DNA from: Octopus sinensis
Taxonomy: Eukaryota
DNA: 64,000 nucleotides
Direction of reading: 5' to 3'
Assembly: GCF_006345805.1 (NCBI RefSeq)
Contig: NC_043007.1
Coordinates: 50,468,001 to 50,532,000 of the forward strand
Positions 27,586 to 40,425 of this stretch are shown here, piece by piece. Positions within the stretch are counted from its first letter, which is position 1; the number at the start of each line of letters is the position of its first letter. Position numbers and translations under genes: made by a program. The notes under the pieces were generated by a model. The model ran no database searches, had not been told where the DNA came from, and was given only the letters and a program-made list of their open reading frames with translations.

Positions 27586-28084
27586 TAGATAGATTGATAG
27601 ATACATCCATACATATATAATATATATATCAACAAAATTTAGATTCAGATGAATATGGTACTTAAGTCAAAGGCACCAGAATGTTGTATGGTATTATCCA
27701 TATAAATCAAATGAGGTGATTATAATCAAAATAAGCAACAAGTATATCTGAGGTAGCGTAGTACAATTAATACATATCATATATATGTGTATACATACAT
27801 ATGTATATATGTTTGTGTGTGTGATTGTATTTGTGTGTGTGTGTAAATTTTGGACTAATTGTTGTATATAAATTGAGTAAAGCATTTTCATGGTTTGGGC
27901 TACCTGGTGTCATCCGCAGTTGGGGGGTATTTTTCCGTTGGATTTACTTCAGGAATTCTACAGTGTTAGCTGAGATAATAATCGATTAAGGGGAAAGAAG
28001 ATGGATTTGGAATTAGTCTTCATTCCGTTACGACGATTGAAATGATCATCGTACAAAATAAAGATTAATACTTAATCCACCTTT

Positions 28085-28314
28085 CGTTTCCTTAATCGAT
28101 TTAGTATGTGACCTCGTCTGTATCACTAGCGATTTTTATCCCCTGTCTTCCCTTCTCGGAATCTTTCCTTCTCCTATGTTTCCGACGAAGAGCTCCGCTC
28201 GAAACGTCAAATCCTCCTTCTTCCCTTCTTTCCTGAGCGTCCAATAATACTTTATTTGTTCCACGTCCTTGCGTTGTTGTTTTTATGTTTTTGTTTTCTT
28301 GTTTGGATTAACTT

Positions 28315-28315
<1 letters not shown>
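28085..28315 (+). mobile_element. Penelope-like pseudo-LTR with a degenerate minimal hammerhead (28178-28212)
   Basis: GUUU-CCGACGA-A-GAGC(UCC)GCUC-GAAA-CG-UC-AAAU, with U4 mutated to C. Homologous to 8560-8775. Confidence 0.65.
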
Positions 28316-28372
<57 letters not shown>

Positions 28373-28392
28373 TATATATGTATGTATATATG

Positions 28393-28770
28393 TGGAGGCG
28401 CAATGGCCCAGTGGTTAGGGCAGCGGACTCGCGGTCGTAGGATCGCGGTTTCGATTCCCAGACCGGGCGTTGTGAGTGTTTATTGAGCGAAAACACCTAA
28501 AGCTCCACGAGGCTCCGGCAGGGATGGTGGTGATCCCTGCTGTACTCTTTCATCACAAATTTCTCTCACTCTTACTTCCTGTTTCTGTTGTACCTGTATT
28601 TCAAAGGGCCGGCCTTGTCACTCTCTCTGTCACGCTGAATATCCCCGAGAACTACGTTAAGGGTACACGTGTCTGTGGAGTGCTCAGCCACTTACACGTT
28701 AATTTCACGAGCAGGCTGTTCCGTTGATCGGATCAACCGGAACCCTCGTCGTCGTAACTGACGGAGTGCT
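28393..28770 (+). mobile_element. Full-length tRNA-derived SINE
   Basis: GGAGGCGCAATGGCCCAGTGGTTAGGGCAGCGGACTCGCGGTCGTAGGATCGCGGTTTCGATTCCC: A and B boxes in a tRNA-like head, a ~300-bp body, (TA)n on both sides. Confidence 0.9.
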
Positions 28771-29271
28771 TCTATATGTATATATACATATATATACATA
28801 TATACACACACATCATATACTTATATATATACACACATATATATGTATACATATATACACACATGCGTATATATATATATATATATAAACGCCAGCTTCC
28901 GCAAAGTCTAGCAAATTCACTCACATGACATTTGCCAGTCAAACCTGGGACCATAGTAAAAGAAATGTTCTCCTAGATATTATGCAGTGGGACTGAACAT
29001 GATTTTGAAGTGACTTCTTAACCACCTTACGATGCTTGACTATCATATAATATAATAATTTATCGATTGTCCGAAGATTTCCCCACTTGAGATTAAACTG
29101 CTTGTCACGTAAATATTTTCATAGTTATGGTTGTGTGTGTGTGTGGGGGAGAGGTGTTTAAGTATAAGTAACCAAGAAAAGAGTTGACGAAAACAAGAAA
29201 ACTAGTTAGAAGGGCAAAAAGCAGAGGATGAAAGTAGAGAAGATTGGAACAGAAAAGAAGAAGCGGAACAA

Positions 29272-29333
<62 letters not shown>

Positions 29334-30550
29334 CAACAACAACAACAACAACAACATAGTCAACGTTGCACAGGCAGAAATGCTACATTCCAGAAACTTC
29401 TGTAAATCGCATGTTTTCAAAAAAATTCGTCTTTTGGGAACTGAATTTTGACTGGAATTACTTGAGAGAATATAAACCAGATGGATGTTGAGGAGGAAGG
29501 AAAAATATTGAGAATGTTGAAACAAGCGATTCTGAAAGATTTTGGACAGCCATGTGGCGTATAAGCCTGCTAAATACAGTTAGTTGAACTGACAGAGAGA
29601 GAGAGAGGGGGGGAGAGTGGGAGGGGGAGAGAGAAAGAGAGAGGGGGAGTAAAATATACATTTACTAAACAGATACACAGACACGTACACACACATACAT
29701 ACACGAACGCACGCACACGCATACACACACACACATACACATACGAACGCACGCTCACACACACGTGCATATATACAAAGAGAGAACTGGAAAGGTGGGA
29801 AGGAAGGAAGGAAGGAACGGAAGAAAGAAAGTAAGAGAGAGAAGAAAGAAAGAGGGAAAGAAAGAGAGAGTGAGAGCGAGAGAAAGAGTGAAACAGACAG
29901 ACAGTGCGTGTGTGAGCGAATGTATATGTATGTGTGTTTCGTAAGAAAACATTTACGAAAATAGTGAAAGAGAAATATTTATTGAAAGGAATTAAGAAAA
30001 AGCGTGAGAAAGTGATTGAGTGAATGAGAGAGAGAGAGAGAGAAAGAGAGAAAGAGAGATTGGGGGATATTTGCTGCAAAAGGCAAAGATAAACTGCAAT
30101 ATAATTTGAAGGAAAGAGGAATGCAAGAATGTAAATTAGGGAGTTGGAGTCGAAGATGGGATTTGTTTAATGGCAGATATAGGGCGGCAGGTATTTGGGT
30201 GGGGATAGAAGAGTAAGGTAGAAGTGAGAAAGAGGTACTGGGAACAGAGGGAGATGGAGAGCCACAAGAGTAAAGGAATACCAGGAAACAATGTACGAGA
30301 ACCATAGTGCATAACATGATAATGAGTATAGAAGAGATAACAGGAAGTTGTATATGGACGTGTATATATATATATATATATGCATGTATGTATGCATATA
30401 TGTGTATAATATATATATATGTTATATATATATATATATTATATATATATATTATATATATATATATATGCATGCATGTATGTATGTGTATATATGTGTG
30501 TATGTATGTGTATGTTTGTGTTTATGTATGTATGTATATATGTATGTATG

Positions 30551-30584
<34 letters not shown>

Positions 30585-30749
30585 TGTATGTATGTATGTA
30601 TGTATGTATGTATGTATGTATTTAAAAGTCTTTGTGAAATTTATTCGATACAGTTTTACCAAGTACAAAATAGATTTCTTTAAGAAATTATTATTTTCTT
30701 TAAAGTTGTAAATTCAGAATGCTACTAATCTTTTTGGAAGAAGTTTCTT

Positions 30750-32120
30750 TCTAGTGTGAGTGAGCGTTTTCGATTATCTTGTCGAAGACGATGGTTGAGT
30801 GTTCAGCGAGAAGACAGACAAGAATTCGAGGAATTACTATCACTATGTTCACGAATGTTTACAATTCATTCCCTTCACCTGGTGACTCCTCATTTGAGTC
30901 ATCAGGCCACCAAAGCAATATGGATATTAGCTCATGATCTAGTTGAGAAATCACAATGTGTACAATGCTGGTTTGCGGGAACACGTGTTCTGTTGGTTTA
31001 TTTTCTTGTTTTCCCGTAACTGCTATTGATAAAGTAACCTTTTAGTTTCAAAAGTTGGGAAAAAGCACTCTCTCCTCTAGTCTGGATGGTTTCACGCAAG
31101 ATTCTCAAAGTCTTCTTTCCTAATATTCAGGCGTTTTAAATTATCTTTGAATTTGTCCTTATACCGTAGAAGTGACCGGCCAACATTACCTCGGGAATTT
31201 ATAAGCTGACCATAAAAATTTTTTTTTGATATTCAGCCACTATTCACGCGAAGGATGCGTCCACGCCCTGGCATAAGACTGATTAAGAAAGCTTCTACAC
31301 CGTGTATTCAACTCATTTCCAAGCTAGTGCTATTGTTCAATCTAATATCCCACTCAGCCTTGCATATTTGCCTAAGACATCTCATATGAAAGATGTTCAG
31401 TTGACTGATGTGCCTACGATGAAGCATCCATATAAAAGATTTTTTAGGAAAATTACTCATACACATCCATTTTATCCTTACTGAGACATTATCGGCAAAC
31501 CAAAGTCGATCATAAAGCTTCTTAAAAGCTGTATTGGCCTTTCCAGTATGAATTTGGACCACCTTATCGAGTTTAGAATTGTTACTACAGAACCCAAATA
31601 TATGAAAGTATCAATAGTTTTCAGAGCTTTGTCTTCAACAAATACGCTGGGCATGATTTCTAGATTGTTACCAAAAAGTGGGTGATACAACAGTTTAGTG
31701 CTTTCTATGTTGACAGTTAAGTCAAAAGATCTGGTTGCTGCTGCAACTCTATTAATGATGTGCTGAATATCCTTGTATGCATGAGCAACTAGGATGCAAT
31801 CATCGGGCAAAACGATGTTGGTTGAGAATGCCACTCGTTGTCCTACATTCAAGGAACACACCCTCTACTACATCAGAAAATACAAAATCCAGCATAACTG
31901 CAAAGAATAGTGCAAATAATACCGGTGCAAAAGCGCAACCTTGTTTTGCATCATTTTTAACATCAAAAGGATAAGACTTACTGAGAGAGCAGGTGCATTC
32001 ACTCCTTTATGTAGGGACACTATGGCATATAGCATTGAATCCCGTGCTTTGCTAATACCACAAAGCCCAACGACATACAAATTCAAACGCTTTTGTAGGT
32101 CAACAAATGCCACATATGAG
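30750..32120 (-). mobile_element. RTE-clade LINE 3' half (RT domains 3-7 and C-terminus)
   Basis: YVAFVDLQK..., KQGCAFAPVLF, DDCILVAH...FDLTVNIESTK...FIYLGS and a C-terminal CTHCDF, degraded. Confidence 0.85.
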
Positions 32121-32685
32121 AATCTTGTCACAGACAGTAATGACACATTGAAACACTGGGCAGAACATTTTAATGATGCATTCGATAGCGACACAAGTAT
32201 AGACATTATCTCAATCAGTAACATTCCCCAAAGCCTAGTTATTGCTTCGCTTGCGTAGGATCCATTTTTTGATGAAGTGAAATGAGTATGCAAGCAATTG
32301 ACAAATGGAAAAGCTCCAGGAGAGGATGGTATTCCTAGAGAAATTATTAAATGCAGTGGAAAGTGTTTAAATAGACAAAACATATAGTCTAATTTTTTCA
32401 AATAGGAACTATCCCTCAGCAATTTAAAGAAGCAACTATTGTAATGTCTATACCATATTAAGGCAATAAATGTGCATGTGACTATCATCGTGGCATATTG
32501 CTACTCTCAGTTGCAGGAAAAATCATCTCTAGAGTCATATTAAAGGAATTAACGCTGACTTAATCAGTTTTGTCTATCTAGAGAGTCAGTGTGGATTTAG
32601 GTCAGGTCGAGAGACAGTGGATATGATATTCAGTTGGTAACAAGCTCAAGGGAAGGCCCAGGAGCACAATAAAGACCTCTGTGTA
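32121..32685 (+). mobile_element. Inverted upstream segment of the same RTE LINE
   Basis: LKHWAEHF...NGKAPGEDGIPRE...YHRGILLLSVAGKII...ESQCGFRSGRETVDMIF...EHNKDLC. Confidence 0.85.
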
Positions 32686-33017
32686 AAATATTCAATGCTT
32701 TGGTACAGGACTTTTGGTCACCATGTATCTCTCTATCTATCTATCCATCTATTTATGTATATGTTCCAGTTATATACATAGACACTCATATATATACATA
32801 TTTATGTGCGTATATACCAGTGTGCGTATGTGTATAACTGAATATATACTTATATACTCATACATACATACTGATATATAAATATATGTATAAATATGTA
32901 TATCTGTATGTATGAGTATATAAGTATATATTCAGTTATACACATACGCACACTGGTATATACGCACATAAATATGTATATATATGAGTGTCTATGTATA
33001 TAACTGGAACATATACA

Positions 33018-33049
<32 letters not shown>

Positions 33050-33053
<4 letters not shown>

Positions 33054-33900
33054 CTGAAAGACCTAGATGCCATACATAAATAGGCTGAGGACAACAGCAT
33101 ACAATTTAATGCCAGCAAATTTCACGTCCTCCGCTACCAGCTAATTAGTGCTGAGAAGTTGCAACAACAACACTTTGGACTAAAAGGAGCGGCAATCCCA
33201 GAATCACATACGGTGCGTAATCTTGTGATTGATATGAGTAACGATGCTTCGTTACACATGCATATCAACAATATGGTAGCAATGTGCAGGTGAACGGCCG
33301 GATGGATTCTGGGAATCTTCAAAACAAGAGGCCAGGAAACTATGCTGGTCCTATGGACGACATTTGTCCTCAGCCGTCTGGACTACTGCTCTAAACTGTG
33401 TTCAATTTAGAGTTCTGCATTAATATCGGAATTTGGGGAGGTTCAGCGATGCTGCACAAAGAAGATTGTATCAATGGAAAAGCTGAGCTACTGGAAGATG
33501 CTGAAAGAGGTACGAATCTACTCTCTGGAGCGAGGACGAGAGAGGTATGCACAGATATATGTGTGGAAGATACAAGAGGGTCTGGCACCAAACTCTGGAA
33601 TTGAGAGTTTTACCAGACCTTGAAATTGACGTCACTGCACTGTTTCTTGTGTCCCAGCTGTCACATCAAAAGTGAGGACCATGTACTGCAATAACTTGGG
33701 ATTTCAGGTCCCACAGCTATTTAACGCCTTGCCAAAACATCTGAGAGATCTCCATATTGTGGAGGTGAGTAGATGTTTTCACGAAACAACTTGACCACTT
33801 GTTGTCCAAGATCTCAGATGAACCAATATCAAAAGAAGAAACTCAAAAGAGGGCAGCAATGTCGAACTCCCTCCTTCACCACAAGCCAATCACATAGAAT
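33050..33900 (+). mobile_element. CR1-group LINE 3' fragment (RT C-terminus)
   Basis: DLDAIHK*AEDNSIQFNASKF...FVLSRLDYCS...YSLER.RERYAQIYVWKI...PQLFNALPKHLRD. Confidence 0.8.
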
Positions 33901-33985
33901 TGCAAAATTAAAGGGTGATTACACTGATGCTGCTCCGGCATGGCCACAAACCTCGGACTGAAACACATCAATAATGGAATAACAG

Positions 33986-34016
<31 letters not shown>

Positions 34017-34020
34017 TATA

Positions 34021-35081
34021 TATAAATATTTGTTTATATATATAAAGGAATGCAAAAAATGGACAAGAACGCAAAACATCCAGACAGATGATACAAAAGA
34101 AAAAACATGGACGGGTCATTCGAAGTTTTCTTTCCTCAGTCGAGTTCCAGATTTTCTTTGCAATTTCAGCTGCTTATACTCGAGATTGCTCCAATCTGGC
34201 CAGTCTCAAGAAAAACTAAGCTTAGAGCTTGGAAGGAAGCACCGAATTTATACGAAAACAAGGACGGAAAAATAAACAGAGAAATGGTACACAAATACAA
34301 ATGCAAATAACAGGACATAACAACAGGTGTCTTTCGACTAAGGACGAATTAATTAAGCTGGCGTGTGTGGAAGTAAAGTCTTACGGCAGGGACATAGAAT
34401 TTAACAAGCACAGGAAGGATTATAGATGTTGCACGGACAGTAGTCCAACCAAGGAAGAAAGATCAGGCCTGGCCAGAAGAGAGAGAGAGAGAGAAAAAGA
34501 GAGAGAGAGGTAGAGGCAGAGGGATAGAAGAATTAAGGGGAAGCAAGAGAAAAATGAAAGAAAAATGAAAGAGGGTACTTACATATAAGAGACCAATGTG
34601 TACGTACGCCGCCACATGTATAAAAAAAAGGAATACTGAAAATGGGACAAGAATGCAAAACACCCAGACAGCTAGATGATACAAAAAAGGGACAACAAAA
34701 CATCCAGACGGATGATACAAAAGAGGGACAAGAAAAAACACGGACGGGTCAGATGGTCGTTGATAAAAAAAAGACTAATAAATTAAAAATAAACCACAAT
34801 CCTTTACAAGTTATGACCACAACTAACTTCATACAGTTCTTAGAAGAGTAGTATATTCTTAGCTACATTAGTAGCAACATGGACTCTTTCCCCTACTTGC
34901 TCTATTAGAGAATTTGATTAAAATTATATTAATGTGTCCAATTGATTAAAAAATTCTATTTATTTATACAGCTGAGGATAGCCCTGCATTTAAATTGATG
35001 TAATAATTGTGTTGTTCAATTAAAATGGAGTCGCTTGAAAATGTCGTACTGCATCACATCTTGATATCCTGTTTCTTATTT

Positions 35082-35151
<70 letters not shown>

Positions 35152-36213
35152 AATATTTGTTTATATATATATAAAGGAATGCAAAAAATGGACAAGAACG
35201 CAAAACATCCAGACAGATGATACAAAAGAAAAAACATGGACGGGTCATTCGAAGTTTTCTTTCCTCAGTCGAGTTCCAGATTTTCTTTGCAATTTCAGCT
35301 GCTTATACTCGAGATTGCTCCAATCTGGCCAGTCTCAAGGAAAAACTAAGCTTAGAGCTTGGAAGGAAGCACCGAATTTATACGAAAACAAGGACGGAAA
35401 AATAAACAGAGAAATGGTACACAAATACAAATGCAAATAACAGGACATAACAACAGGTGTCTTTCGACTAAGGACGAATTAAATTAAGCTGGCGTGTGTG
35501 GAAGTAAAGTCTTACGGCAGGGACATAGAATTTAACAAGCACAGGAAGGATTATAGATGTTGCACGGACAGTAGTCCAACCAAGGAAGAAAGATCAGGCC
35601 TGGCCAGAAGAGAGAGAGAGAGAGAAAAAGAGAGAGAGAGGTAGAGGCAGAGGGATAGAAGAATTAAGGGGAAGCAAGAGAAAAATGAAAGAAAAATGAA
35701 AGAGGGTACTTACATATAAGAGACCAATGTGTACGTACGCCGCCACATGTATAAAAAAAAGGAATACTGAAAATGGGACAAGAATGCAAAACACCCAGAC
35801 AGCTAGATGATACAAAAAAGGGACAACAAAACATCCAGACGGATGATACAAAAGAGGGACAAGAAAAAACACGGACGGGTCAGATGGTCGTTGATAAAAA
35901 AAAGACTAATAAATTAAAAATAAACCACAATCCTTTACAAGTTATGACCACAACTAACTTCATACAGTTCTTAGAAGAGTAGTAATATTCTTAGCTACAT
36001 TAGTAGCAACATGGACTCTTTCCCCTACTTGCTCTATTAGAGAATTTGATTAAAATTATATTAATGTGTCCAATTGATTAAAAAATTCTATTTATTTATA
36101 CAGCTGAGGATAGCCCTGCATTTAAATTGATGTAATAATTGTGTTGTTCAATTAAAATGGAGTCGCTTGAAAATGTCGTACTGCATCACATCTTGATATC
36201 CTGTTTCTTATTT

Positions 36214-36215
<2 letters not shown>
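34021..36215. repeat. Near-identical tandem duplication, period about 1.13 kb (34021-35083 and 35148-36215)
   Basis: Identical ORFs are offset by 1131 bp (34463/35594, 34642/35773). The copies are separated and flanked by (TA)n. Confidence 0.95.
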
Positions 36216-36248
<33 letters not shown>

Positions 36249-36278
36249 TATATATATATATATATATACATACAATAC

Positions 36279-36322
<44 letters not shown>

Positions 36323-36477
36323 ATCGAGTGAGAAAACGATATGGACATTTTGTTTTGGTGTCTCGCAATGCCATATACGTCTATGAGGATTTACTTTCCC
36401 AATGAAACTCGGCTTTTCCCAAACTTTTTCTCAAACATGCTATAATGTGATACATGTCTTTGGTGTGGTAATTGTAC

Positions 36478-36564
36478 GCGGCTGAAGAAGGCTTATGACC
36501 TACCTGTTATATCAATTATGCATTGATATAAGTTGTTCAATAAAGCCCGAAACATATGTACCGC
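36478..36564 (+). ncRNA. Type I hammerhead ribozyme with an extended stem II and a palindromic stem III
   Basis: GCGG-CUGAAGA-A-GGCUU...[UUAUAUCAAU/AUUGAUAUAA hairpin]...AAGCC-C-GAA-ACAUAUGU-A|CCGC, predicted cleavage after 36560. Confidence 0.8.
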
Positions 36565-36593
36565 AAAAACCTTTACGTCCTGTTTTTCTTTTG

Positions 36594-36655
<62 letters not shown>

Positions 36656-36674
36656 CACACACACACACACATAT

Positions 36675-36708
<34 letters not shown>

Positions 36709-36973
36709 AAAATTGAGGGAGATAAATTAATATTAATTTTAATATCAATTTAAAACCAGTAGTCCAGCATTCAAAAAATCTGAGGAGTCAGACAAAATTC
36801 AAATATATGTGTATATTGGCAGGGCTGGTCTGCTACGTAGCCGGCCAGAATGCTAGAAATAGATCATAAACGATCAAACTACAAGGGAAATTCTCTAGAG
36901 GAAGAATTCAGCGAACACCAGAACCAAATTTGGCGGGCAGGACATATGAAAAATTAAATAAAAAACAGACTTA

Positions 36974-37049
36974 AATGCATACCTCGGTTTCGGTCTTAAC
37001 AAAAGAATTACTTGCATAATTCAAGTGTCCGTGACTTCTTCAGTACATT
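36974..37049 (-). ncRNA. Type I hammerhead ribozyme, unit 1
   Basis: AAUGUA-CUGAAGA-A-GUC...GAC-C-GAA-ACCGAGGU-A|UGCAUU: 6-bp stem I with one G-U pair, GUA triplet. Confidence 0.75.
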
Positions 37050-37518
37050 CGGTCCTCGAGATGCAAACCGCAAGACTAACCCCAGCTCCCTGTGTCAAGA
37101 CAGACACATGCTTAGTCTTACTGATTACATCGGGAATAAAATTTCAAATGTCTTGGTTCCGGCGCGCTAAGAGACTCCTGAAGCGAAGGGCTGCAGTGAA
37201 TAATTCACTGCGGGTAAAGCTTACTGCTAGGGAACGTATTTATTTAAATATTTAAAAATTGAGGGAGATAAATTAATATTAATTTTAATATCAATTTAAA
37301 ACCAGTAGTCCAGCATTCAAAAAATCTGAGGAGTCAGAGAAAATTCAAATATATGTGTATATTGGCAGGGCTGGCCTGCTAGGTAGCCGGCCAGAATGCT
37401 AGAAATAGATCATAAACGATCAAACTACAAGGGAAATTCTCTAGAGGAAGAATTCAGCGAACACCAGAACCAAATTGGCGGGCAGGACATATGAAAAATT
37501 AAATAAAAAACAGACTTA

Positions 37519-37594
37519 AATGCATACCTCGGTTTCGGTCTTAACAAAAGAATTACTTGCATAATTCAAGTGTCCGTGACTTCTTCAGTACATT
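37519..37594 (-). ncRNA. Type I hammerhead ribozyme, unit 2
   Basis: Identical to 36974-37049 and exactly 545 bp away. Confidence 0.75.
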
Positions 37595-37690
37595 CGGTCC
37601 TCGAGATGCAAACCGCAAGACTAACCCCAGCTCTCTGTGTCAAGACAGACACGTGCTTAGTCTTACTGATTACATCGGGAATAAAATTTC

Positions 37691-37752
<62 letters not shown>

Positions 37753-37935
37753 TACATATATACATATACACACAAAATCGTACAAAGATATTCTAAATTT
37801 TTAAGAATCAGATGATGGACTCGATACATCGTCACAATCAGTGTTACATAATTTATTCAGAAAATATTCTCCTTAAAATTTAGGGCGAAATCATGTGAAA
37901 TTCGTAAAGAGAATTCTATGACTCTGTGTGGTGTG

Positions 37936-37966
<31 letters not shown>

Positions 37967-38482
37967 TGTGTGTGTGTGCGTGCGTGTGCATGTGTATGTG
38001 CGCGCGCGTGTATGTGCGTGTGTATGTGTGCGCGCGCATGTGTGTACGTGTGTAAGCGCGTGTGTGCATATATTATATATAATCGCACGTCGGTTTAGTG
38101 ATATCAAAATACCTAAAATGTTCTCATTCAAAGAATCTTTTGGTGCCAGTTGACGTTTCAGCCTACTTTGCTTGAAGCCTTCAGTTATGTTGTCTTTGTA
38201 TATTTCTTCGTCCCAGAAGTCTCATCGTTATCATGGTAACAGCCTTTCTTTCGCTCATGTCCCTCTCTCTAGTTTTATTATATCTGAACATAGAAACAAA
38301 CACACCCACACGCACACAAACACATATATATGAATATTTATGTGTATATATGTGTGTATATATGTATATATGTGTGTATATATATATATATATGCACCAC
38401 ACACAAATATACATATATGCACAAGCATACACATATATATGTAAAATTGTTTGTATTATAACTGATCATAAAACAAACATTA

Positions 38483-38525
<43 letters not shown>

Positions 38526-39225
38526 CGTGTGTATATACGTGTGTATATGCATATGCATGCGTGTGTATGTGTGCTTGTGGGTGCGTGCAAGCCTACATAA
38601 GTACAGATATTGAAAGGTTCACTGGTGAAATACACATATATGCACCGACCATTGTTTAACAAATAAAAATACATACAACCACATACAAATATCTAGATAA
38701 ATGTAGAAACAGCAGCTCTCTTTCTATCCATTAATTAATGCAGCCATGCATAAGAGTTAACCTAAAGTTTCTCTCTTACATATCTACAAACATGAATGCC
38801 AGTCTTGCATTTCATATCGTCTCATTTTATTTAACCTCTCGCTGTTTTCCTTGTTTGTATTTCCCTATATTAATCCATCATTTTATGTTTCTGTTCTATT
38901 TTCTTTTTTCTTTTATTTTCTCATTTCATCAAGTTTTTACTTTTCTTTCATACTTACTATACACCACCGTTCACGCCCTGTTCTTTTCATGCAATTTCTT
39001 CTACTCTCTTTGTCTTTTGAAAATATTAAAATTTCTCTCTCTCCCTTACACTATTTACACTTTGCTTTCTTTAATATATGCTCACTCCTATTACTCCTCT
39101 CGCATTTATATTTCTTTCTCATTCACTTATGATCATTCTCTTTATTATTCATACCCCGTTTATGCTTTCCATTCCTATCAAAGCTCTTTGCTTTCCTTCT
39201 TGCATGTTCTTTATACACTTTCTCC

Positions 39226-39268
<43 letters not shown>

Positions 39269-40386
39269 ATTTCCGCTCTCTTTCTATAACTATCAGTCCA
39301 CTTCTATGTCTCAAATATATACAATGTTCTTTTTGTCTTTCACTCTCCTCCATGCACACACGTACATCTATTTCCCTTTCTCTCTATCTTTTTACCACTT
39401 TATCTCTGACACTCATTCACTCTTATATACATCTCAATATCTGGTTTCATTCTCCGTCTGATTTTTTGCCCTTTCTTCCTCATTTTTTGCGTTGCATTAA
39501 CACATGAAACCTTACTCTTCTTACACGAGCTCCCCACTTCTCTCCAGCTCCTCTCTTTCTCTGTCTTTCTTAATCTCTTACCCGCACTCCTTCTGCATCA
39601 TTGTATTTCTGATGAAACAATCCTATTTCACGCCGTTCAGAAGTTACATTAATATTTGTATATAATAAGCTGTCTTTTCAAATCGATACTCCGAAACAAA
39701 TTAATTGCATGGATTAGAAAGGAACTATTCGAATTGACCTGGAAATTTTCAGTTGTTAATTGAAAAATAACTGACGATATAATCGGTATAGAAATGATCT
39801 TGTTGAATGCCAAGCCGAACCTGGCCGAACAATCCAATGATTAAAGATGCTTCAGCTATGGTTATCCTGCCTTTTGTTCAGGGTATAATGTACCAAAGAT
39901 TACATTCTTCAATGGATCTTTTTTAAAGACGGTGATATGTCATGGTGTCGATTTGTTTGACTAAAGGCGGTGCCCCAGCATGGCCGCAGTTAAATGACTG
40001 AAACAATTAAAAGAATAATAGAATAAAAGAATATGTATATATATTTCGAACTTCACAATTCCTAAAATGTATATATGCATTTGGGTATTTCCTTTATTTG
40101 CTTCAGTCATATGACTGCAGCCATGCTTGTGCACCGCCTCGCATGTACACGTCTGTAAAATATTTTTCTGCTCTTACTTCCCCCTTCTCAATGCTTTTTA
40201 AGCATGCCAACATTCTTTTTGCATTTTTCTTTGCTTTGATCTTTACTTCCCTCGCATCCGTCATTTTTCGTTATTGTAACAATTTTTCTAACTTTCACTA
40301 TTCCAAACATCTTTAGCTAGCAACACCAGTAAACAATCTCTCTCCTTTCTCACCCTTCTCTTTCTGTCTGTCTGTTTCTCTCTCTC

Positions 40387-40425
<39 letters not shown>

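Larger units (their letters stand above)
36706..37690 (-). mobile_element. Tandem array (about 1.8 units of 545 bp) of a non-coding HHR-bearing repeat, retrozyme/PLE-like
   Basis: 36706-37250 is repeated at 37251-37690 with a few substitutions. (TA)n lies on both sides, and each unit carries a minus-strand HHR. Confidence 0.8.

Noticed and set aside
28393-28470. Functional tRNA gene (also 23340-23405)
   Set aside because: The tRNA-like head continues into a SINE or PLE body and lacks a complete acceptor stem and T-run terminator.
34105-34145. Hammerhead-like GACUGAGGAAAG...CGAAUGACCCGUC on the minus strand (also at about 35236-35276, and a similar motif at 55490-55522 on the plus strand)
   Set aside because: GAAA is replaced by GAAU and I could not build stems I and III around a valid cleavage triplet. 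The recurrence in two contexts is curious but not sufficient.
36779-36800. CUGAGGAGUCAGAC-AAAA on the plus strand of the 545-bp unit
   Set aside because: No intact GAAA with stem II in either copy and no flanking stems.
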